Assembly: GCA_050951545.1 (NCBI GenBank)
Contig: JBMNJG010000007.1
Coordinates: 64,001-128,000, forward strand
Origin: Limnochordia bacterium
GTDB taxonomy: Bacteria; Bacillota; Limnochordia; DTU080
Direction of reading: 5' to 3'
Length of the DNA: 64,000 nucleotides
Shown: positions 35,484 to 45,613 of the stretch, piece after piece
Layout: each line of letters begins with the position of its first letter
How positions within the stretch are numbered: the first letter of the stretch is position 1
Translations under genes and position numbers: made by a program
Notes under the pieces: model-generated
The model's input: only the letters and a program-made list of their open reading frames with translations
What the model was told of the DNA's origin: nothing
The model's database searches: none

Positions 35484-37754
35484 ATGATGGTCAGTTGTGC
35501 ACTTTTGCTCTGTTTGGGGAGTCTTGTGGCCCTCACCCCGATGGCTGGTGCCGAGATGCATGCCATGCCTACGGAGTTCAAGGATGTGGTCACACAGCCT
35601 CCGGAAGTATGGCGATCGAAGCAGGCTGCGGATGTCGCCGCCCGCATAGTTCGTCGCATAGAGGCTGGTGAACTGACCCTCAGCCTGCCCCTTGGCCAAC
35701 TGAGTGTACCTGACGGGATTCTCCCGACACAGATGAGTATCTTAGCCCATGTATATGCCGCTGTGGGCGATGTGAACTTGAAAAAAGCTTTCAACGCAGC
35801 CCTTGAGGTGCTAATCGCGGCGCAGTACCCGAGCGGCGGCTGGCCGACCATCTATCCGAAATACGCGAAATGGGACCTGCATGGCGACATGTACGCTGAC
35901 TCCACGTGGAACGAGATTCCGGCTTTGCTCAAGTCGATTCTTGCTGGCAAACCGCCCTTTGACAGTGATATCGTTTCTGGCCTTGATCGATCGACGTTGG
36001 AGGATGTGCTCAGTCGTATTCCACCCAAGGCAAGCATCAAGCGGTTTGTGTATGCGGACTATGCCTCTCGCAGTTTGCTGTGGTGGAAGTCGGAAGAGGC
36101 AGCTCGCATTGGTGACAATCTCATTTCCTGGCAGATGCCCCACGGAGGATGGTGGGAAGACATTGCCATGGCTGTTCTGCCCTATTCGCCAGAACAGATG
36201 ACCCGCAGCCGTTCTTCAGAGGGCGGAATTGAGAGAGCCACTTTCGACGATCATGGCACAATTGACCCGCTGCGGTACCTGGCCAAGCTGTACGATGCCA
36301 ACAAAGAACCACGCTTCCGGGACGCTTTCTACCGAGGCTTGGATTTCGTGCTGGCGGCTCAGTATGCTTCCGGCGGCTGGCCGCAGAGCCATCCTAATCC
36401 ACGTGGCTACAGTCGTTACGTGACATTTAATGACAACGCGATGGTGAACATCCTCCTGTTTATTCAGGATACCATCTCAGGGAAGGCGCCCTTTGGCTTT
36501 GTCGATCAGGCGCGTCAAGGCCGTCTAACCGAGGCCTTTGATCTGGGGATCGAGCACATCCTCCGGGCTCAGGTCGAGGTCGAGGGTCGCTTGACTGCTT
36601 GGGCGCAACAGCACGATCCTTTCACCTACGAGCCAAAGACGGCCCGGGCTTTTGAACCAGTCGCCATTTCCGGTAACGAATCGGTTGGAGTGGTGGAGCT
36701 GCTGCGCTCCATCCCAGATCCCTCCACGAAGGTAAAGAGGGCCATTCTCAGTGCCCTCGAGTGGTTTGAGGCCGTTCAGCTTTCAGATGGTCGCTGGGCG
36801 CGCTTTTATGAGATTGGCACCAGCCGTCCGATATTTGCCGGACGGGACGGTATCGTTCGTTACGATGTCTCGGAAATCGATAAGGAGCGCCAGATGAATT
36901 ACGCTTGGTTCGGCACGTGGCCCAAGAGCCTCTTGGAGCGGGCCAATGATGGCGCTTACATCGATTCTCTCTATGAGGATCTGCCAGAGTACCCTGGGCT
37001 ACGGGTGAAATTCCATTCACTTCGAAACCGGGCCAGGGTGTCAGGCCAGGTGCCAGTAGACATCTCCATTTTGCACCCCTCCAAGGAGAAAGGCGTCAAA
37101 GAGGTGGTGGTTGATGTAGACGATAGCGTCGTCTATGCAGGGGAGAGACTGCCGGAGCGCGGAGAGCTCGTGATCAATACCGAGCTGCTCGAGGAGGGCC
37201 TGCATACCCTGACGGTGACCACCGTTCATCGTGAACTCGGAACCTACCACCATTCATTGATGGTCAATGTCAACAACATCTGGCGCGTTGTACAGGAGCT
37301 GCAGCCGCCATTGCAGTCGTGGCTTGGGGTCTATGACTTCCTTCAGACGACAAGTCGCTCTGAGGGCTGGGGCTATGACACGGAGCAGAAGGAGCGTTTC
37401 TTCGGCGACCCGCACCGGCTGGTCCGCACGACAGACACTGAAGAGCACCTTATATGGGAGACGCCTCGCTTGAGATCACTGACGTTGACCGCTTACATAC
37501 AGGGCGACACGGCGATTGAGGGTGGGCTAGCCCTGGCAGTGTCGGCCAATGGTCATCAATGGCGGGAGCTTGCATACCAGGCGGCCTATGAAGACGCCTC
37601 GGACAGCTGGCGACGCGTCACGATTCAGGCTGATTTGGATGAGGCCAGCAGTGGAGACTGGTGTCGTCTGACTCTTACGGAGGGCATTGCCAAAGAAAGG
37701 GTGCAGGTTGGTAGGGTGGTCTTGTCGGGATACCACAAAGCGCAGGGTGATTGA
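35484..37754 (+). CDS. Secreted pectate lyase, PL10 (PelA-type), multi-domain
   Basis: Signal peptide; WQMPHGGW, ATFDDHGT, AQYASGGWPQ, TFNDNAM, WAQQHD..ARAFE, WARFYE. Confidence 0.88.
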   Translation: MMVSCALLLCLGSLVALTPMAGAEMHAMPTEFKDVVTQPPEVWRSKQAADVAARIVRRIEAGELTLSLPLGQLSVPDGILPTQMSILAHVYAAVGDVNLKKAFNAALEVLIAAQYPSGGWPTIYPKYAKWDLHGDMYADSTWNEIPALLKSILAGKPPFDSDIVSGLDRSTLEDVLSRIPPKASIKRFVYADYASRSLLWWKSEEAARIGDNLISWQMPHGGWWEDIAMAVLPYSPEQMTRSRSSEGGIERATFDDHGTIDPLRYLAKLYDANKEPRFRDAFYRGLDFVLAAQYASGGWPQSHPNPRGYSRYVTFNDNAMVNILLFIQDTISGKAPFGFVDQARQGRLTEAFDLGIEHILRAQVEVEGRLTAWAQQHDPFTYEPKTARAFEPVAISGNESVGVVELLRSIPDPSTKVKRAILSALEWFEAVQLSDGRWARFYEIGTSRPIFAGRDGIVRYDVSEIDKERQMNYAWFGTWPKSLLERANDGAYIDSLYEDLPEYPGLRVKFHSLRNRARVSGQVPVDISILHPSKEKGVKEVVVDVDDSVVYAGERLPERGELVINTELLEEGLHTLTVTTVHRELGTYHHSLMVNVNNIWRVVQELQPPLQSWLGVYDFLQTTSRSEGWGYDTEQKERFFGDPHRLVRTTDTEEHLIWETPRLRSLTLTAYIQGDTAIEGGLALAVSANGHQWRELAYQAAYEDASDSWRRVTIQADLDEASSGDWCRLTLTEGIAKERVQVGRVVLSGYHKAQGD

Positions 37755-37770
37755 GTAACATGAGCAAGAA

Positions 37771-37793
37771 CAGGGCGGTCACAGACCGCCCTG
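37771..37793. terminator. Hairpin between convergent genes
   Basis: CAGGGCGGTC-ACA-GACCGCCCTG. Confidence 0.7.
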
Positions 37794-37827
37794 CAGTGTG
37801 TCCGTGTGTTCTGCTGAGGGCACTACC

Positions 37828-39096
37828 TTACTGACCGGCCAACGCTGCCTGCGCACGTGGCTCAATGTAGGCGATGGCGTCGGCTACGCTTTTTTGCCGC
37901 GAATAGATCAGATTCCAGGCCTCGGCCTCGAGGTTGAGAATCTGGGTGCCGCCCCTGCCGCTAGTGATGCGCCAGTCCCAGAGCACGTTGACCGCCTCGG
38001 TATACACATACGGGTTGGTGCCAGGAGCCCGCTCGCCCCAACGGCGCACGAAGTCGCGTACGGCCTCTCGGATCACTGGTACGCGGTTTTCGGCTCGGGT
38101 AAACAGGATGACCCCTTCGGCGTCGTAGGCCAAGAACTTCAGCAACTGTCCTGCCTGGGCGATGTTCTTCGAGGCCGCGGCCATACCGATGGAGTGAAAA
38201 CCAGCCTGGCTGGCGCGGGCGTCACCTTTGGGTAGAATGCCAATGCTCCACGAGGGAGCATTGCCCTGTTCGGTGGCCTGCACAAGGGTGTTGAGATAGT
38301 AGACTTGAATGGGACACATCGCTGCTCTGTTCTGCAGGAAGTTGCCGCCTATGACATTGTGCTCCAGCCACAGACTCGTGGTAAACATGAGCGCTCGAAT
38401 CACTTCTGGGGTGTTGCCCAGGTAGCGGGTTCGGTCCTGATCCACATCGGTGGCATTCCACATGCCGAGCATGTTAAAGCCGCCATAGGCGCCAAAACCC
38501 TGGAGACCATACTCCTCGGGTGTCCCGTCGCCGTCGCGGTCGACGGTTAGCTTCTTGGCCATAGCCACGAACTCGTTCCATCCGAGAGCGTCGCCCATCC
38601 AATCTGTGGGCAGGGCATTTACACCGCTTCTGGCAAATAAATCCTTGTTATAGAAGGTGGCGTGAATACTCAGTGCCGTGGGTAGGGAGTAGAGCTTGCC
38701 TCGGACGCGCAAGGCCTCCAATACTGCGGGAGGGTAGTTCTTGAGGTTGATCTGACTGGTGGCGACGAATCCCTCCAAGGCGGTGAGTAGGCCACCTTCA
38801 GCCAAATCCATGATGCGTGCATTGTCACCGTAGACGAGATCCGGGGCGATTCCGCCAGCTGACATGGTGATCACCTTGTCCAGGAGATCTGGCCAGCTCG
38901 CCGCCTGAAGGATCTCTGCTTCTATGCCTGTCCGGGCTGAAAAGGTTTCCAATGACTGACTGAGCTCCGGTCCCCAGGTGGCAAAGGGACCGATTAAGGT
39001 AACCTTGCTGCTCGCTGCCCCAAGACTGGTGAACAACCAGACGACGATCAGTGCCAGCCATGCCTTCGCAGATCCTCTGACTCTGTGAAGTTTCAT
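37828..39096 (-). CDS. ABC transporter sugar-binding protein (orphan, non-lipidated)
   Basis: SPI-type signal without a lipobox; AGGIAPDL, GKLYSLP..FYNKDLF..W.EFV.MAKKLT.DRDGDG. Confidence 0.88.
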   Translation of the reverse strand: MKLHRVRGSAKAWLALIVVWLFTSLGAASSKVTLIGPFATWGPELSQSLETFSARTGIEAEILQAASWPDLLDKVITMSAGGIAPDLVYGDNARIMDLAEGGLLTALEGFVATSQINLKNYPPAVLEALRVRGKLYSLPTALSIHATFYNKDLFARSGVNALPTDWMGDALGWNEFVAMAKKLTVDRDGDGTPEEYGLQGFGAYGGFNMLGMWNATDVDQDRTRYLGNTPEVIRALMFTTSLWLEHNVIGGNFLQNRAAMCPIQVYYLNTLVQATEQGNAPSWSIGILPKGDARASQAGFHSIGMAAASKNIAQAGQLLKFLAYDAEGVILFTRAENRVPVIREAVRDFVRRWGERAPGTNPYVYTEAVNVLWDWRITSGRGGTQILNLEAEAWNLIYSRQKSVADAIAYIEPRAQAALAGQ

Positions 39097-39319
39097 TGGG
39101 CGTAGGACTCCTTTCCACTGAGGCTTTCTCGCCAGCATGTCTACATATCTAAACGACATTTCACTACATAGATTACTACCAGACATCGAATGTTCCTTCT
39201 GTACCCCAAAGGGGCCGACAATTTATGAAGGTGGATGCAAAGACGGTGTCCCGTCTTCTACGCGCCCTGCAGTCAGCATACTCTGTGGTGACACTGGCAC
39301 AGATGAGGGGGGGCAGCCC

Positions 39320-40660
39320 TTGCGATTTTGGCGCGGCATTCGGCCGCATTATCTCAGACTAGAATCGCAGGGCGAGGAGGTACGGTGGCTGCAGCGCCGA
39401 CTGCTAGAGTTGGGCTACGATCCAGGTCCTGTGGATGGGTATTTCGGATACCAGACGCACTCTGCCGTCATGGATTTTCAGCGTGATTTCGGTTTGAGAG
39501 TGGATGCAGTGGCCGGACCCCGGCTGTACGAACTCCTGAATCAGAGCATTGTGCCTCTTCATCAACGGGTGTATGTATTGGCTCCGGGCGAGAGCCTAGC
39601 TGATGCTGCCCGTGTCCTGGAGACACCAGTCGAAGCGTTGCGTTATATGAATCGGTTGCCACCTCGCCATCGGGGCTATCCAGGGCAGAGGCTCATCTGC
39701 CGTTCTCACTACATCGCAGGCGCGCTGTCACTCCCAGAGAGCGCCTCGCTGTACTCGGGACGCAAGGCCTTGCCGATGCTTTCCGCACTTGCAGTGCCAG
39801 TGGGCGTGGTTTCCGGCAAAGAGATCCAGATTCGCCAGCCAGACGAACAGGTGGTGGCACTGGCACGACGAAACGGCCTCGATCTTTGGGGTGTCGTCAC
39901 ACCCGCTGAACACCTTATCGGTGAGACAATGGCGACCGCCAGTCTGGAAGTGCTCACTGCCAAACGCCGCTACTTGCAGCAGGTTACTAAGCGCTTGATC
40001 GCCGTGAGTAGGGATATTGGCGCCGGCCTATGGCTGGATCTCGGACCAGTGCGCTGGGGTGACGGTCCGCGCCTGCAGCGTTTCGCTCGCTTGATGAGAG
40101 AGAGCAACGCGGCTGGTCGACTCATGATCAGCCTGCCTGTGCCGCGGAGTCGGGCACCCAAGCACTGGTGGCTCACCGATGTCGACTACGCCAGTTTGGC
40201 CGAGTTAGCCGACAAGGTGGTGCTTGCAGCACACTATCCAGGCCCTTTGGAGGGCTTCGCAGTTTTCTCAGGCCGTCTGCGAGCGCTATTGCAGGTCGTG
40301 CCAGCATGGAAGAGCCTTCTTGGGCTCAGCCTCAGGGCTGAAGAACGAGACTGTCGCGGGCGACTTCTGCGGGAGAGGGGTTACAGGCAAGCGATTACCA
40401 CGGCGTACCTCGCTGGCGCCAGGCCAGTATGGGATGCGGAGCGATATCTTTCGCGGGCTGCTATCGCGGGTACGGGAAGTGAAAAGGACTCGACCGAGCG
40501 GGTTTTCTGGATACCGGGGCGTGACGCGATTGAGCAGCGTATACGCCTGGTGAGCCGGCTTAATCTAGCAGGCTTGATGCTGTGGCCCTTGGGTGAGGAA
40601 GACGTACGCATCTGGGATATCCTGCGTAAGCGCATGCAGCCTCAGCGCCAAGCAACTTGA
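39320..40660 (+). CDS. PG-binding + LysM + GH18-like spore-associated protein
   Basis: GEEVRWLQRRL..GYDPGPVDGYFG..FQ..GL.VD; LysM-like segment; C-terminal NLAGLMLWPLGEED like YaaH/YdhD. Confidence 0.78.
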   Translation: MRFWRGIRPHYLRLESQGEEVRWLQRRLLELGYDPGPVDGYFGYQTHSAVMDFQRDFGLRVDAVAGPRLYELLNQSIVPLHQRVYVLAPGESLADAARVLETPVEALRYMNRLPPRHRGYPGQRLICRSHYIAGALSLPESASLYSGRKALPMLSALAVPVGVVSGKEIQIRQPDEQVVALARRNGLDLWGVVTPAEHLIGETMATASLEVLTAKRRYLQQVTKRLIAVSRDIGAGLWLDLGPVRWGDGPRLQRFARLMRESNAAGRLMISLPVPRSRAPKHWWLTDVDYASLAELADKVVLAAHYPGPLEGFAVFSGRLRALLQVVPAWKSLLGLSLRAEERDCRGRLLRERGYRQAITTAYLAGARPVWDAERYLSRAAIAGTGSEKDSTERVFWIPGRDAIEQRIRLVSRLNLAGLMLWPLGEEDVRIWDILRKRMQPQRQAT

Positions 40661-40766
40661 GTTCTTTAGAGCATGATCGATGCGTCTATCGCATATACAT
40701 CCCTGTGAATTGAACGCGTATGTGGTGGACGCGACGCAGAGCTCAATTGCGGGGAGGGAATTCGAC

Positions 40767-42395
40767 TTGAGGATTGAACGGCAGTCTTTTCGCGTGAGTA
40801 CGGTGGTAGGGGAGAGCGCGGGACAAAGTGTGGTTGAAGGTAGCGTATCCCTTCCCGTCGGTGCACCGGAGATCGGACGTCTTCTTCGTGTGCGTGCCCA
40901 TCCAGTGATCATTCAGTATGAAGTGATCGAAGAGCGAGTAACTCTTGAGGGTGTTGTGGATGTAGAGGCTCTTTACGCGAGTTTCACAGAGGTGGATTCT
41001 GGCGGGGACGAGGATCTGGGTGCGGATGTGGTTCTCGAAGAACGGTTGGAGATCGGAAGATGGAACAGGGTGATGCCCTTTACATTAGTCCTGGACATCG
41101 CCGGGGCAGAGCCCGGATTGCCCGCCAAGGTAGCGGTCTCTGTGGACAGTATCAGATCGGAGGTACAAGACGACAAGAGATCCATTGCTGTTGATGTAGC
41201 CTTAGCATTTTCTGGTGCGGTTTATCGCGTCGACGAGTATACCCTTACCACACGTGCTGTAGCCGACTACGACATACACAGCGAGCAGCGACAGGTACGG
41301 TTGCCTCTTGCGACGACGACTGTGAAAGGGCAGGCGCGAGTCGAAGGGTTTTTGCCGTTCGGAGGGCGGGTGTTGCCCCATCAGGTTCTGTCGTTGACCA
41401 TTCGGCCAGCGGGAGAGCCCACAGTGAGGTTCTCTGAAGGGACAGCGGAGGTCAGTTCGGCTCTTGACTGTGCTGTCTTATACACGGCCTCTGAGGTAGG
41501 GGCAGCCTACGTGGAATGGCCCGAGGGGCTCACTTTCCTCACGACAGTATCCATTCCTGAGCCTGTAGATGGGGCCATGGTCTCTGTGGCATTCACCACA
41601 GCGGATGTCCGTTGGCAGGCGGTTGATACTGACGAGAGACGGGGCCTCGCCGTAGAGGCTACAGCCTTCGCCGATGTCCAGGTGGCGCCGATGCGAGAGA
41701 CCGCTATCCTCACAGACCTCTCTGCCGAAGAACCGCTGTGCGTGGCTGCTCGCAAGGAGTGGTTGCTTCTGCAGGAGGCAGTGGGTGAGGGCAGACAACA
41801 CACACTTACGGAGGCCAGTCTGCAACTGCCTGCGGGTGCGTTGCCAGTCGAAAGGGTGCTTTTGAGTGAAGCGACAGCCCGAATCGAGGATATCCACGTT
41901 TTGGGCGACAAGGTGGCTGTCGAAGGGATCGCTGGCGTAGATCTGGTTTATGTAGGGCGTAGTGGCGACGCGACCAGCCTTACGACATGTTCGTGGCCTG
42001 CTGGGATTCCGTTTGAGCTCGAGGTGCCGATTGCTGGCGCTGAACCCGGCTTGGAGAGAAAAGTGGAGGTGTCCGTCGACAAGGTCAGTGTCGACCTTAT
42101 CAATCGCGAGACGGTAGCCGTTGAGCTTGCTCTCGTGACCACAGTGGCGCTGAGCAGAAGCATCGAACTCGATCACGTGGTGGAGGCGGTTGAGGTTGGG
42201 GCTCCCCATCCTAATCCGCCCACGTATACGTTTCTGGTATTGCAGGCAGGGGATACACTGTGGCAGATCGCGCAGAGGTACCATACCGAGATAGGGGCGA
42301 TTATCCAGGGCAACAAATGGCTAGAAGACGAGAGTAGTCCGCTCCCTCCAGGCACGAAGCTGTGCATACCGCGGGGGCGGCAGACGGTGGGTTGA
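40767..42395 (+). CDS. SipL-like spore coat morphogenetic protein (3x SPOCS/DUF3794 + LysM)
   Basis: Repeated (E/D)(R/K)V..EG..V..LY..PF..I.GAEPG units; C-terminal LysM GDTLWQIAQRY; veg-ispE context. Confidence 0.85.
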   Translation: MRIERQSFRVSTVVGESAGQSVVEGSVSLPVGAPEIGRLLRVRAHPVIIQYEVIEERVTLEGVVDVEALYASFTEVDSGGDEDLGADVVLEERLEIGRWNRVMPFTLVLDIAGAEPGLPAKVAVSVDSIRSEVQDDKRSIAVDVALAFSGAVYRVDEYTLTTRAVADYDIHSEQRQVRLPLATTTVKGQARVEGFLPFGGRVLPHQVLSLTIRPAGEPTVRFSEGTAEVSSALDCAVLYTASEVGAAYVEWPEGLTFLTTVSIPEPVDGAMVSVAFTTADVRWQAVDTDERRGLAVEATAFADVQVAPMRETAILTDLSAEEPLCVAARKEWLLLQEAVGEGRQHTLTEASLQLPAGALPVERVLLSEATARIEDIHVLGDKVAVEGIAGVDLVYVGRSGDATSLTTCSWPAGIPFELEVPIAGAEPGLERKVEVSVDKVSVDLINRETVAVELALVTTVALSRSIELDHVVEAVEVGAPHPNPPTYTFLVLQAGDTLWQIAQRYHTEIGAIIQGNKWLEDESSPLPPGTKLCIPRGRQTVG

Positions 42396-42408
42396 CCGTG
42401 TAGCGAAG

Positions 42409-42440
42409 CAGGAGGGGGTGCTTACAGGCACCCCCTCCTG
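42409..42440. terminator. Hairpin between convergent genes
   Basis: CAGGAGGGGGTGC..GCACCCCCTCCTG. Confidence 0.8.
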
Positions 42441-42448
42441 GCAGAGTG

Positions 42449-44239
42449 TCACAGGAACATCACATCAAGGTAGGCAAACATCGAGCCAGGTTCGCTCACC
42501 TGACGAGGCGCTACGCACGCCACATGCAGCTGTAGGGGTTCTTTGGGCTGCTTCTCTACCTCAATGACGATGGGGTTCTGCCCCGCTGTCAGATGCACAA
42601 AAGCGCCCTGCCCTCTGTGGTAAGCTGGGATACCGCGGCCGGGTTTCCAATTGTCGAAAACCAGCTGGCTATTGAGCCAAGCCTTGACTGGACTGGTGGT
42701 CGAGATCATCAGCTTGGCTTCGCGCTCGGAAGGGCAAAGGAGGTCGGTTGTAAGACGATAGAGACCATCGGCTCCGTTGGTAAGAGAGATCTCATTGGTG
42801 GCGCAAAGCACTTCCTTAGGCGCAGTGTTGGGGCCCTCCACACGCCAGCGCATGGCTTGGGCGAAGACAAGCTGTCGCCCAAAAGACTGCCACAGGGCGT
42901 CATTATGTAGGCGGGTGATCTCCATTTCAACCCGAAAGTCGGGCTGTGGGTCGCCACCAGGGTGTAGGATTACCACAAAATGCTCTCGGGTGCCCGGCTC
43001 GAGAGCATACGATTGCGTCTGCCCTCCTGTCCAACCTGGGGGAAGATGAAACTGCAGCGCCCCATACCAACGAATGGACGCGTGGTTGGTGAGTTGTACC
43101 TCAAGTTTTTTCTCTTGCCCAGCGAAGACAACGGGACCATCGGTGCCGTAGTCCACGACCACCTCCAGGCTCGGTGAAAAACGGCTCGGTAGGAAGAGGC
43201 GGTCTTGGTGTGGTGTCTCGTTCCAGAGAGCCGAGAGTTCAGGAATGGGCTTGCCCTCCCAGAAAGCTGCGACTTCCGCACCTGTTTGGACAGTGCGTTC
43301 AGTGAGCTCTGCCACTGTCTTGGGGGCAGGGAAGCCTTTCACAGGCGGACTCACGACGATGGTATCGCCGATGGGGGTGATCCATTCTTGTGGCAACTGG
43401 TCGGCACCCATGATAATTCCCAAGATAGCTCCCAAGGTGGCTCCCGTGCAGTCGGTATCGTAACCGCAGTTGACAGCCTTGCAGATGGCATCGCCGAAGT
43501 CTGTGCCGTAGAGAAGGCCTAGTATGGTGAAAGCGATGTTCTGCGGGGCATCGGTAAAATTGATGCGGCCATGGGCGGCAATGATCTGATTGCGGGTCTC
43601 GATCCAGTCGAGCCCTTCGGCGTGCCAACGCACGGTGTCTTTCACTGCCTTGGCAGTGCGGCAGTCGGGTGGTATGACACTGAGCCCTATTGCCAGCAGC
43701 TTCTGGGGATCGGACTCCACGAAGGCAGCGCTCTCTATGGCAGCGAAGAGCATCTCGCCATAGACCCCCTCGCCGCCAGCATGATCGGTGATAGCATCTT
43801 GGTAGGCGTAATAGGCAGCAAGCTGTGGGTTGTCCGGAGCAATCATGGCCCAGATCTCAGAGCGGATGGGCGAGCCCATGCAGTGTGTGAATGGGTTGCT
43901 GTACCATCCGGAGACAGGCGGTGTCATGCCTCGGCGCATATTGGTCAGGGAGTACCCGTACTCGTCGTAGGGGAAGAAAACGTGGTCTTGCCACTCTTGG
44001 GCTATCTCCGCGGCGGTGAGGCGCGGGCCGTATGTTTCGAGGGCGTGCAGCCAGACCAGCTGGAGGTCAAGGTCGTCATTGGGGAGGGGAAGCTCGCCTA
44101 GTTTCGGGTAGAAATCGTACGCCATGAGCTCCTTGCGTCCTTCGAGTGGTCCTCCCAGAGTGCCCCCGATGTTCTTGCCCATCCAACCACCGTAGATCTT
44201 GTCTCTGTAGTCAGACTCGGAGATATGACCGATCATCAT
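42449..44239 (-). CDS. ADP-ribosylglycohydrolase family protein with C-terminal beta domains
   Basis: GKNIGGTLGGPLE, NDDLD, MGSPIRSE, NCGYDTDCTGAT.G. Confidence 0.88.
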   Translation of the reverse strand: MMIGHISESDYRDKIYGGWMGKNIGGTLGGPLEGRKELMAYDFYPKLGELPLPNDDLDLQLVWLHALETYGPRLTAAEIAQEWQDHVFFPYDEYGYSLTNMRRGMTPPVSGWYSNPFTHCMGSPIRSEIWAMIAPDNPQLAAYYAYQDAITDHAGGEGVYGEMLFAAIESAAFVESDPQKLLAIGLSVIPPDCRTAKAVKDTVRWHAEGLDWIETRNQIIAAHGRINFTDAPQNIAFTILGLLYGTDFGDAICKAVNCGYDTDCTGATLGAILGIIMGADQLPQEWITPIGDTIVVSPPVKGFPAPKTVAELTERTVQTGAEVAAFWEGKPIPELSALWNETPHQDRLFLPSRFSPSLEVVVDYGTDGPVVFAGQEKKLEVQLTNHASIRWYGALQFHLPPGWTGGQTQSYALEPGTREHFVVILHPGGDPQPDFRVEMEITRLHNDALWQSFGRQLVFAQAMRWRVEGPNTAPKEVLCATNEISLTNGADGLYRLTTDLLCPSEREAKLMISTTSPVKAWLNSQLVFDNWKPGRGIPAYHRGQGAFVHLTAGQNPIVIEVEKQPKEPLQLHVACVAPRQVSEPGSMFAYLDVMFL

Positions 44240-44515
44240 CAGTACCAACCCTCCGCCTAGTTATGTGCAACTTGTACACTAACGTCAATCAAGGGTAGTC
44301 TACACTGCTTTGTGTGGCATGTCCACCGTAGCTGCCTTCAGAGTCAAGCGTCTGTGGGCTCTTGGCAAGAAGGAGGGGAGAGGGGGTACAGAGGAACTCA
44401 TATTGATGATATACTCGGCGTAGTCCTGTGAAGCGACGATGGAGGATTTCCCTTCTTGCGGGGAAACCTTGTCATGGATGGGTCTTGCCTTTGTGGTTGG
44501 AAAAGGGGTGTATAG

Positions 44516-45541
44516 GTGAGTAAGTTCCGAGACATCTTCCGCCCTAGGCAAAAATACGTGAGAGTGAAGCCACAAACCCCGCCGGGCCAGGAGGAAGCCA
44601 AAGGTAAGGCGCAGGTGCCTGACGGGCTGTGGAGCAAGTGTCCGCAGTGCAAGGGCTTCATTTACCGTAAGGACTTGGAGCGTAATCTTGGCGTGTGCGA
44701 AAAGTGCAGCTTTCATTTTCCGATCGGGGCGAATGAGCGCCTGCACCAATTGATCGATGCGGAGTCCACTCCAGAAGAGCTCTACGACGATCTTGATAGC
44801 GCCGATCCGCTTGGCTTTCCTGAGTATGAGAGCAAACGAGTACGCGATGCAGAAAAGACGGGTTTGGATGATGCAGTGGTCATCTACCGGGCAACCATCG
44901 GCGGTCATCGCGTGATTCTCGGAATTATGGATTTCGGTTTTATGGGTGGCAGTATGGGGGCGGTGGCAGGCGAGAAGATCACCCGTTCTTTTGAGCAGGC
45001 TACAGCCGAAGGCTTGCCAGTAGTGATTATCTCCAGTTCTGGTGGGGCTCGCATGCAAGAGGGTATCGTCTCTCTTATGCAGATGCAGAAGACAGCGGCC
45101 GCGGTTGAGATGCATAATCGGGCGGGACTGCTGTTTATCTCGGTACTCACCCATCCGACTACCGCAGGGGTGTACGGTAGCTTCGCCTCACAAGGCGACA
45201 TCAATCTCGCTGAACCCGGAGCTATTGTCGGCTTTGCGGGGCGGCCAGTCATTGAAGCTGCTATCGGAAAACGGGTGTCTCCGGATCTGCAGAAGGCGGA
45301 GACGGTTTTTGCCAACGGGTTTATCGACGCCCTTGTCCCCCGGCAAGAACTCAGGCCCTTTATGATCCGGTTGCTTGATTTTCATGGCGAACCCGCTGTG
45401 AGAACAGAGGTAGCTGAGGAGGGGGCGGTGGCACTGTCAGTCACTCCCGATACGCCGAGTGGTCAGAGTAAAGACGAACCTGACAGCCCCACTGATTCAG
45501 ATCAACTTCCGCGTCGCAGTCCGAAGCGGCGCGAGGCCTGA
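44516..45541 (+). CDS. accD: Acetyl-CoA carboxylase carboxyltransferase beta subunit
   Basis: W.KCPQC..VCEKC Zn finger, FMGGSMG, SSGGARMQEG, PTTAGV, GFAG. Confidence 0.95.
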   Translation: MSKFRDIFRPRQKYVRVKPQTPPGQEEAKGKAQVPDGLWSKCPQCKGFIYRKDLERNLGVCEKCSFHFPIGANERLHQLIDAESTPEELYDDLDSADPLGFPEYESKRVRDAEKTGLDDAVVIYRATIGGHRVILGIMDFGFMGGSMGAVAGEKITRSFEQATAEGLPVVIISSSGGARMQEGIVSLMQMQKTAAAVEMHNRAGLLFISVLTHPTTAGVYGSFASQGDINLAEPGAIVGFAGRPVIEAAIGKRVSPDLQKAETVFANGFIDALVPRQELRPFMIRLLDFHGEPAVRTEVAEEGAVALSVTPDTPSGQSKDEPDSPTDSDQLPRRSPKRREA

Positions 45542-45613
45542 CAAATCGTGCGACAAGACGCACGATCTGTCGGAAGTCCCACGTAAAACGCTTTGCAGAG
45601 GGAGTAATAGCAC

